DNA of 64,000 nt from Callorhinchus milii. Its lineage: Eukaryota. The position numbers and the translations under genes were made by a program. Positions within the stretch are counted from its first letter, which is position 1; each line of letters starts with the position of its first letter. The DNA is taken from NCBI RefSeq assembly GCF_018977255.1, contig NW_024704742.1, forward strand, positions 57,228,001 to 57,292,000, written 5' to 3'. Positions 52,301-62,700 of this stretch are shown here, in pieces. Under the pieces are notes generated by a model. It saw only the letters and a program-made list of their open reading frames with translations. It did not search any database and was not told the origin of the DNA.

Positions 52301-53983
52301 GAGGTGAATTTTTGTTATTTGTCCCACAAATTACGACTGATAACTGTTTCTTTTAAATACAGGTCATGTTGGAGCTCCAATGCCTTGTAATATTATTAAG
52401 CTTATTGATGTAGAAGATATGGATTATTTTGCAGTTAAAGGAGAGGGAGAGGTAAGTGGAAAAGGTTCTGTTCAGCGTGTGTTGCTTAATTTGTGTTTGT
52501 ATACTTTACCAACCAAGTATGCTGTGAATGAGAAAAGCTTTGGTCTCTACTTTAAGTCCTGAATGCTAGAAGTTTACAAACAGGAATTTAAAAAAACTGA
52601 ACCCTCTTTGTTTACTCAATCTGACTTACCTAATCATTGGTAGGTAAACCTTCAGTCATTCTTCTGCTCTCTGGAGCTCCAATCCAGAGTCCCTCTCCCT
52701 TGCCCCTCCCTCCTTTCCTGCCTTCAAAACCCATATTAACACTTATCTTTTCAGCTTCCCTCTCTCTGTGTCTGTCTGAATGTTTCTCCCTCTCTTTTCC
52801 CCCCTTCTCAAGTTTCGGTTCTCATTCAGCTGTGTGAATTGCCTTAAGATCCAGATAAATTGAAGGAACTAAGGACAGGAAAGGTGTGTGTACTTCATGG
52901 ATAAGAGCGAGCTTGCCAAGTAGGAAGCTGAAAAAAGATCTAGGCGTATTAGTTGACTCTTTGCTCACAATGTCAAAACAGTGTAAGACAGCATCAAAGA
53001 TGGCCAGTAGGCTGCTGGGCTATATTGCTAAATCAGTTGAGTCCTGTAGCTCAGTGGTTAGAGCACTCGCTTTGTAAGTGAGAGACCTGGGTTCAATTCC
53101 AGACACAGGGCGAAACCTTGGGCAAGTTTCCTTACTCCACACAGAGCCTAATAATAATCCCTCCAAAAACAATAATAAATTGGTCATTTTCAATCTACGA
53201 CTGTTTGTGGGACATTGCTGTGCGCAATTGGCTGCCGCGTTCGCCCACAGATATGCAGTCAATTCACTTTACAGTGTGTTCTGTGAAGCGCTTTGGGACG
53301 TCCTCCCGACGTGAAAAGCGCTATATCAAATGCAAGGATTATTATTATTATTATAGTTGAGTTCAGATTCCCAGATATCCTAATCGAGCTATACAGTATT
53401 TTGGTCACCAGCCCCTAGAGTATTGCATGCAGTTCTGGTTGCCACAACATGAGCTACTACTCCATTGACGCCTCTTTGTACAGTAAAATAATAATAATTT
53501 GCTGATTCAGCCCACACCTAGGTCAAGAACTAAGCTTATGGGGAGCAGTGCAGAGGAGAGCAACACGGATTACAAGAATGAGCTATGAGCTGGGCCAGTA
53601 GAAAAGTGTGGCTGCACTTTTTCCATGGAATCCACTATCAACAGTGCCTCTGCTACAAACCCACTAAAAATGTAGTTTCTGGCCCTCGGGTCTCTCGCTG
53701 TTTACCAGACCTCCCTGTAGGCAGGGCGGCTCTAGACATGTGTGCGCAGCGATGTGCAAGCGGGAAATGGGCTTCACTCAGAGACCCTTGTTGAGATTGT
53801 GCGTGAGTGTGTCTCTGTCTTTCTGTGTCTCTGTCTGTGTGTGTCTCTGTCTGTGTGTGTGTGTCTCTGTCTGTCTGTGTGTGTGTCTCTGTCTGTGTGT
53901 GTGTGTGTGTCTCTGTCTGTGTGTGTGTGTGTGTCTCTCTGTCTGTGTGTGTGTGTGTGTGTCTCCCTGTCTGTGTGTGTGTG

Positions 53984-54022
<39 letters not shown>

Positions 54023-54785
54023 GTGTGTGTGTGTGTGTCTGTGTGTGTGTGTGTGTGTCTCTGTCTGTGTGTGTGTGTGTGTGTCTCTGTCTGTGTGTGT
54101 GTGTGTGTGTCTCTGTCTGTGTGTGTGTGTGTGTGTCTCTGTCTGTGTGTGTGTGTGTGTGTCTGTGTCTGTGTGTGTGTGTGTGTGTCTCTGTCTGTGT
54201 GTGTGTGTGTGTGTCTCTGTCTGTGTGTGTGTGTGTGTGTCTCTGTCTGTGTGTGTGTGTGTGTGTGTCTCTGTCTGTGTGTGTGTGTGTGTGTGTGTGT
54301 CTCTGTCTCTGTCTGTGTGTGTGTGTGTGTGTGTGTCTGTCTGTGTGTGTGTGTGTGTGTCTCTTGTGTGTGTGTGTGTGTGTCTCTGTCTGTGTGTGTG
54401 TGTGTGTCTCTGTCTGTGTGTGTGTGTGTGTCTCTGTCTGTGTGTGTGTGTGTGTCTCTGTCTGTGTGTGTGTGTGTGTCTCTGTCTGTGTGTGTGTGTG
54501 TGTCTCTGTCTGTGTGTGTGTGTGTGTGTGTCTCTGTCTGTGTGTGTGTGTGTGTGTGTCTCTGTCTGTGTGTGTGTGTGTGTGTCTCTGTCTGTGTGTG
54601 TGTGTGTGTGTCTCTGTCTGTGTGTGTGTGTGTGTGTCTCTGTCTGTGTGTGTGTGTGTGTGTCTCTGTGTGTGTGTGTGTGTGTGTCTCTGTGTGTGTG
54701 TGTGTGTGTGTGTCTCTGTGTGTGTGTGTGTGTGTGTGTCTCTGTGTGTGTGTGTGTGTGTCTCTGTGTGTGTGTGTGTGTGTGT

Positions 54786-54817
<32 letters not shown>

Positions 54818-55428
54818 CTCTGTGTGTGTGTGTGTGTGTGTGTCTCTGTCTGTGTGTGTGTGTGTGTGTCTCTGTCTGTGTGTGTGTGTGTGTGTCTCTG
54901 TCTGTGTGTGTGTGTGTGTGTCTCTGTCTGTGTGTGTGTGTGTGTGTCTCTGTCTGTGTGTGTGTGTGTGTGTCTCTGTCTGTGTGTGTGTGTGTGTGTC
55001 TCTGTCTGTGTGTGTGTGTGTGTCTCTGTCTGTGTGTGTGTGTGTGTCTCTGTCTGTGTGTGTGTGTGTGTCTCTGTCTGTGTGTGTGTGTGTGTCTCTG
55101 TCTGTGTGTGTGTGTGTGTCTCTGTCTGTGTGTGTGTGTGTGTCTCTGTCTGTGTGTGTGTGTCTCTGTCTGTGTGTGTGTGTCTCTGTCTGTGTGTGTG
55201 TGTGTCTCTGTCTGTGTGTGTGTCTCTGTCTGTGTGTGTGTGTCTCTGTCTGTGTGTGTGTGTCTCTGTCTGTGTGTGTCTCTGTGTGTGTGTGTCTGTG
55301 TCTGTGTGTGTGTCTGTGTCTGTGTGTGTGTGTCTGTCTGTGTGTGTGTGTGTGTCTGTGTGTGTGTCTCTGTCTGTGTGTGTGTGTGTGTGTGTCTCTG
55401 TCTGTGTGTGTGTGTGTGTGTGTGTCTC

Positions 55429-55461
<33 letters not shown>

Positions 55462-56110
55462 CTCTGTCTGTGTGTGTGTGTGTCTGTGTGTGTGTGTGTG
55501 TCTGTGTGTGTCTGTGTGTGTGTGTGTGTCTGTGTGTGTGTGTGTGTCTCTGTGTGTGTGTGTGTGTCTCTGTCTGTGTGTGTGTGTCTCTGTCTGTGTG
55601 TGTGTGTGTCTCTGTCTGTGTGTGTGTGTCTCTGTCTGTGTGTGTGTGTGTGTCTCTGTCTGTGTGTGTGTGTGTGTCTCTGTCTGTGTGTGTGTGTCTC
55701 TGTCTGTGTGTGTCTCTGTCTGTGTGTGTCTCTGTGTGTGTGTGTGTGTGTGTCTCTGTCTGTGTCTGTGTGTCTGTGTGTGTGTCTCTGTCTGTGTGTG
55801 TGTCTCTGTCTGTGTGTGTGTCTCTGTCTGTGTGTGTGTCTGTGTGTGTGTGTGTGTGTCTCTGTCTGTGTGTGTGTGTGTGTGTGTGTGTCTCTGTCTG
55901 TGTGTGTGTGTGTGTGTGTGTGTCTCTGTCTGTGTGTGTGTGTGTGTGTGTGTCTGTGTGTGTGTGTGTGTGTCTGTGTGTGAGTGTGTGTCTCTGTCTG
56001 TGTGTGTGTGTGTGTGTCTGTGTGTGTGTCTGTCTGTCTGTCTGTCTGTGTGTCTGTCTGTCTGTCTGTCTGTCTGTGTCTGTCTGTCTGTGTCTGTCTG
56101 TCTGTGTGTC

Positions 56111-56146
<36 letters not shown>

Positions 56147-56269
56147 TGTCTGTGTGTCTGTGTCTGTGTGTGTGTCTGTCTGTGTGTCTGTGTGTCTGTG
56201 TCTCTGTGTGTGTGTCTGTGTCTCTGTGTGTGTGTGTCTCTGTGTGTGTGTGTCTGTGTGTGTGTGTGT

Positions 56270-56301
<32 letters not shown>

Positions 56302-56339
56302 CTCTGTGTGTGTGTGTGTGTCTCTGTGTGTGTGTGTGT

Positions 56340-56378
<39 letters not shown>

Positions 56379-56595
56379 TCTGTGTGTGTGTGTCTCTGTG
56401 TGTGTGTGTGTGTGTCTCTGTGTCTGTGTGTGTGTGTCTCTGTGTGTGTGTGTGTGTGTGTCTCTGTGTCTGTGTGTGTGTGTGTCTCTGTGTCTGTGTG
56501 TGTGTGTGTCTCTGTGTGTGTGTGTGTGTCTCTGTGTGTGTGTGTGTGTGTCTCTGTGTGTGTGTGTGTGTGTCTCTGTGTGTGTGTGTGTGTGT

Positions 56596-56679
<84 letters not shown>

Positions 56680-56692
56680 CTCTGTGTGTGTC

Positions 56693-56723
<31 letters not shown>

Positions 56724-59700
56724 CTGTGTGTGTGTGTGTGTCTGTGTGTGTGTGTGTGTGTCTGTGTGTGTGTGTGTGTCTCTGTCTGTGTGTGTCTCTG
56801 TCTGTGTGTGTCTCTGTCTGTGTGTGTCTCTGTCTGTGTGTGTCTCTGTCTGTGTGTGTCTCTGTCTGTGTGTGTCTCTGTCTGTGTGTCTGTGTCTGTG
56901 TGTGGGTCTCTGTGTCTGTGTGGGGGGGTCTCTGTGTCTGTGTGGGGGGGTCTCTGTCTGTGTGTGTGTGTCTCTGTCTGTGTGTGTGTCTCTGTCTGTG
57001 TGTGTCTCTGTCTGTGTGTGTCTCTGTCTGTGTGTGTCTCTGTCTGTGTGTGTGTCTGTGTGTGTGTCTGTGTGTGTGTCTGTGTGTGTGTCTGTGTCTG
57101 TGTGTGTGTCTCTGTCTGTGTGTGTGTCTGTGTCTCTGTCTGTGTGTGTGTCTGTGTCTCTGTCTGTGTGTGTGTCTGTGTCTCTGTCTGTGTGTGTGTC
57201 TGTGTCTCTGTCTGTGTGTGTGTCTGTGTCTCTGTCTGTGTGTGTGTCTGTGTCTCTGTCTGTGTGTGTGTGTGTGTCTCTGTCTGTGTGTGTGTGTGTG
57301 TGTGTGTGTCTCGGTGTGCGTCTGTCTCTCTCGGCGTGTGTGCGTCTGTCTCTCTCGGCGTGTGTGCGTCTGTCTCTCTCGGCGTGTGTGCGTCTGTCTC
57401 TCTCGGCGTGTGTGCGTCTGTCTCTCTCGGCGTGTGTGCGTCTGTCTCTCTCGGCGTGTGTGCGTCTGTCTCTCTCGGCGTGTGTGCGTCTGTCTCTCTC
57501 GGCGTGTGTGCGTCTGTCTCTCTCGGCGTGTGTGCGTCTGTCTCTCTCGGCGTGTGTGCGTCTGTCTCTCTCGGCGTGTGTGCGTCTGTCTCTCTCGGCC
57601 TGTGTGCGTCTGTCTCTCTCGGCCTGTGTGCGTCTGTCTCTCTCGGCCTGTGGGCGTCTGTCTCTCTCGGCCTGTGTGTGTGGCCGTCTGTCTCTCTCGG
57701 CCTGTGTGTGTGGGCGTCTGTCTCTCTCGGCCTGTGTGTGTGGGCGTCTGTCTCTCTCGGCCTGTGTGCGATGCCAAGCCTTGAGAGGCAGGAGGTGGTG
57801 AGCTCTTGTAACCTCGCTGGTGTCCATCCTCCACCACCTCCCCCCAAAAAAATTGGCACGCAGTTTTGTTAAAGAAGCAATTCATAATATTTTTTGTAAC
57901 AATCTAATATGTGCTATTTCTTCATGTTTTGTTTTCCTGAACTACCAGTTTAATCAGCTTGAATGTTAGTAAAACATTTAATAAAGTGTCATTGGAATAG
58001 AGCTATTTTAGCGCATTATTCAAATCTATAAATTGTGGTTGATTATTATTATTATTTATGCCCCAAATAAAAATCCTTGTGGAGATGTTGACTGCATTGA
58101 AATATACTTAGTATGTGTGTGCATGTGGGAGCTCATACTGAAGTGCACAGATAGATTATAGTCAAAATGCTTTGGTTACTGTGTGTAAATCCCTCTCTTC
58201 AATTGTGCTAACATTTCAGGTGTGCGTAAAAGGTCCAAATGTGTTCAAAGGTTACCTCAAAGACCCTGAGAAAACTGCAGAAGCTCTGGATGCCGATGGC
58301 TGGTTACGCACAGGAGACATCGGGAAATGGTTGCCTGTAAGGATGAAATACAATAAGACCGACTTACATTTTTATAGCACCTTTCACATAGGATAACATC
58401 TCAAAGTGTTCACAGAGTATGAGTCGGAACCCAAGCAGAGTGGGTGAAGCGGGATTTGTAGGGGCACATTTGGAGGGAGATGACTAAATTGCTGTTAAAG
58501 AGATGAGTTTTGAAAGGTCAGAGGAAGGGCGCAAGGCAGAGGGATTTGGGGAGAGTTCCAGAGAACAGCAGGAAAGCGGCTGAAAGGTGTCCACCAAAGG
58601 TGGGGTAGGATATTTGCAGAAAGCCTGAGTCAGCCGAGGACAGGGATGGTACCGCACAATCTCGCATTTCTTCCGCACACTCTTGTAAACCAATCGAACT
58701 TGTCAGTGTGACCAACTGGGCATTTTGGAATCTCTGGGATTTATAAGTGCAGAAGCCTCATGTGAACTTCCCTTGTTAACAAGGTTTTATTTTCATCCCC
58801 CGCTTTAGTTTCTCCTTGTTGTATAGGTTCCCTTTATTTCCTGTAATACAACAACAAAATTACATTTGTATAGTGCCTTTCACTACTGTTCACTGAGCTG
58901 TCCCAAGAACTGTGGGAAGCCGTTTTATCCCAGCCAGCTGTATCTCTCATTGCTCTGTGTATAATTACATATTTTTTGATTGAATGGAGCATCAGTCAAA
59001 GGTATTGCAGTGCAGTGTTTTCATACTTTTGCCTTGGGACATCCTCTGACATGAAACGTGCTACATAAATTGTAATTTGTATTGTTTGATGTAAGTCCTA
59101 TACAATTACTTTAATTTATAATGATTTGTGTGTTGAATCCATTAGCATCCATGTGATCGGTTTTGCAAACTTGAAAAAGCGGTTTGCAAATATTCGCAGA
59201 TGCTACCCCGCGTGAAGAGCACTGTATAAATGCAAAGTGTTGTTAATTAAAACATTTATTTCACTTCACCGAATGGCTTCCACAATCTTCCACAAATCCA
59301 GATAAACCATAATCTTTCATAATTTCCTGATCTTTATTTTGAGCACCAGTGTGCTAACCCACTACATCTCCCATCCCTCAGTAAATATTATACCAATGTG
59401 CCATATCTCCCAATTTCTGTGTATGCTAAAACACAGTGAATTGTAACTTTCAACTTATCTTTATAAGTTTATAATATAGAAGTGATTTTATTTTCATAGC
59501 AATTCATCATCACGAGGTTACCTATATCCTCTAAATATATTTTAGAGGATCTAGTTAGGGAAATAGCATTGATTTATTTGACAGTAGCTTCTTGGTTTTT
59601 TTTTCAGCTATAGTATACCAGTAAAATGTTTGTAAGGTGAGGCAACCTTAAGTAAGGTGTTCTTACCATTACCCGTCTTATGTACAAAATACAGTATATC

Positions 59701-62700
59701 CTTCAAAGCAATTTCAGAAGTCTTCCTGATGGCAAAAGGCAGTGAATCAAATGTAAGTATCATTGGTATTTTAAAGATGCTGAGAGTGTTTTTTTTTCTG
59801 CACAGAACGGCACTCTGAAGATTATTGACCGGAAGAAGCACATATTTAAACTTGCTCAGGGAGAGTATATTGCACCAGAGAAAATTGAAAATGTCTATGT
59901 GCGCAGTACACCAGTTGCCCAGGTGTATGTTTATGGTGAAAGTCTGCAGGTTAGTACCAGCACAGAATCCATTTATGAATGCTTCAGTGCTTAGGCATCT
60001 AGTCCCTATTTTTAGATTTAATTGCACTGCATCCGAGTGTTCAAATGTATTTCACCTGCTATTTAACCTTTCTAAATTCATTGGAATCTTGTGCAATGTG
60101 CAAACCAAAAGATCTGTATCAAACTTAAATATTTTCATGTTATTCTTCCCTCTTGATTTTGTAAAAATGTCTGCTTGGAAGACACAGTACCCTCAATCCC
60201 TCTGCCTTGCCCCCTCTCTCCCTCTTTTCAAGTCCTGCCTGAAAACCTTCCACTTTGAACGTGCTTACGATTACCTCCCCCCGGCTCGGAGTCAGGCTCC
60301 GCCACTGTTAAGCGCTCTGACATGCTACCCTGTGTGGAGCACGTTATATAAGTGCAAGTTGTTGTTGTACAAATTCTGCTGAATTACCATTGCATCCACA
60401 GTGCTCTGCAATGTTCCTGTTGTCCTCTCCAATACCAGGAATAACCTGAACATTATTGTTCAATATACTTAGTGATGTGTATGCAGGCAAAAGAAGGCAG
60501 CTAAATATTGTCTTAAAGTAGAATCACTAACATTAGGGAGGGGAGATTAAATGAAACCACACTGTGAATCCACAGTGTGAATGAGCATCAGAACAAGGCA
60601 GGTTAATACAGCACTTTGGGTATCGTCCTTTACCAGAATGTGATGCAATGGTGCATTACACAGGCTCTGCTGAAGAACATGTTAACATGTGTTGCTCTTT
60701 CAAATGCTGAGGTGGTGTGAAATTCCAATATATAATTTTGTTACTTTTTATTACATCACTCATTTCTTGCCCTGTTTATGTTTTAAGCACTACAAGATGC
60801 TACCTTGTGTAAAGGGGATTATATGAATGCAAGTTGTTTGTTTTATTAGCCAAGCTCTCAACCTCTGCTTAACCAATACTAACAGGGTGACGGTACCCAT
60901 TTTATATGGTCGGTTCTTGTTGAGGGGGATGGGGTTACATTATATCCTTGGGCAGGCTGTAAATCCATAATCTGAAATGAAAATCTTAAGTCAAGTTTTT
61001 AGATGACCTTATGCTTTTGAATGTTTTTTGTTGGGTAATGTTCAATATTGTTTGTTTTATTGTAGGCCTGTCTGGTAGGTATTGTGGTGCCTGATCCTGA
61101 AACATTTTCTGAATGGGCACAAAAGACAGGAGTTAGAGGAGCATATGAGGAATTGTGCAAAAATCAGGTGAGACCACATCGTTGTGTAAAATTGCAGTTT
61201 GTCATCCAGCTGATTATTACCCTTCTGAAGTTTTAGAAGCAGTATTTTCAGGAGTATATTGCAACTTTTTAATATTGTTGTAGGTTTAAACATTAGTAAA
61301 ACTAAACTATCACATAAGTCTGAGCCATAATTCTGCGAACATTGGGTCTCTCCATACCATCTGTTCACCTCTGGATCTTTCAAAGTTGTTTGAAGGAAAT
61401 TCCCAAATCTTTGCTGCAGTTTGATCTCCTAGTTTTAACAACATCTGACTTGCTGGCAGTAGCAGCACTACGATCGTACTGAAACAGTATAAATGTAGAT
61501 GGTGCAAAAAAAAATCATTTGCGGCTCCATTCCCCACTTGGAAAGCCCAGTAAGTATTAAGGGAGCTTTTTTAAATAAAGAGAGACACTTAGCCAGTTGT
61601 CTGTACTTTTTTTGTTCTGCAGAATAAACGCCATGTAGATGTCCTTTGAAATTAAAACAAGACTTGCCTGAAATATTGTACAATCTACATCAGTTCATTT
61701 CCGTTAAGCAACTAGTTCATAAATTAAATGATTCTCCAGAAATACTAACCCTTTTTGTTCACTTATTTTTTTTAAAAAAATCAACTTTTCTTCCTTGTAG
61801 AAAGTTAAACAAGCTGTTTTAGAAGACATGGTGGCTCTTGGAAAGGAATCTGGACTCAAGTCGTTTGAACAAGTGAGTGTTTCTGGTTTTAGATTTATAG
61901 CATGTAACATCTATTAATTGATTCAAAGTAGTTTACTTCTTTCTTGGGACGTCCTCCCGACGTAAAAGGAGCTCTATAAATGGAATCTTGTTGTCGTTGT
62001 TGTTGTTTCTTAACATTATATCATTTGTCAGTTTTTGCATTATTGGTAACATTGTTGGCTGAGTTTTGGGTTCAAATCCACATCGGGACTTTGAGCTTAC
62101 AGTCTGGGCTGACATTTCATGAAAACTTCTAGGGGAGATCCTGTGTTGTTTAAGGTGCCGTCCTTTTATTGAAAATTTAAGACAGTATCTTTACTGTCTG
62201 CTTATTCAGGTAGGTGAAAAAGATTCCATGATGCTATTTGAAGAAAATAAATTTCTCCTGGTGTCTTGGCTGATAATCCTCCAGAAAAATTGGTCATTCA
62301 CTTCATGGTTGTGGGACATTGCTGTGCACAAATTGGCTGTCACATTTGCCCACAAAAAGCAGAGACTCCCTACTGTACAGTATATCCTGTAAAGCGCTTT
62401 GGGATATCCTAATGTGACAGATGCTATGCCAAATGTAAGGATTGATTGATTTATTGTTGTCATTTACTTAATTTCATGAGTCCTGGACAGATACTGGACA
62501 AAGTATCTGTCTCGCTACCGTAATTGAGATTTCAATGCATCAGAAGATGTGGATTATGGTATAAATAAGAAGGAAACTAAAGGCTGCAAGAGATTATGAC
62601 TGCCTCAAAAGCTAAAATCAGCTTTTTCATGCAGCAGCACAAGAACTATCCATGATCTTCTGTTCTAATTCTTCTGTTTGGACTTAGTTCAAGTCCAGTG

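Noticed and set aside
57310..57770. CRISPR-like array
   Set aside because: Head-to-tail tandem units without unique spacers, no cas genes, eukaryotic context.
53653..57885. Giant 600-1400 aa ORFs (HT/CV-rich) on both strands
   Set aside because: Artefact of the TG/TC satellite: with almost no A on + (or T on -), stop codons cannot occur in any frame. The region is an ACSL1 intron.
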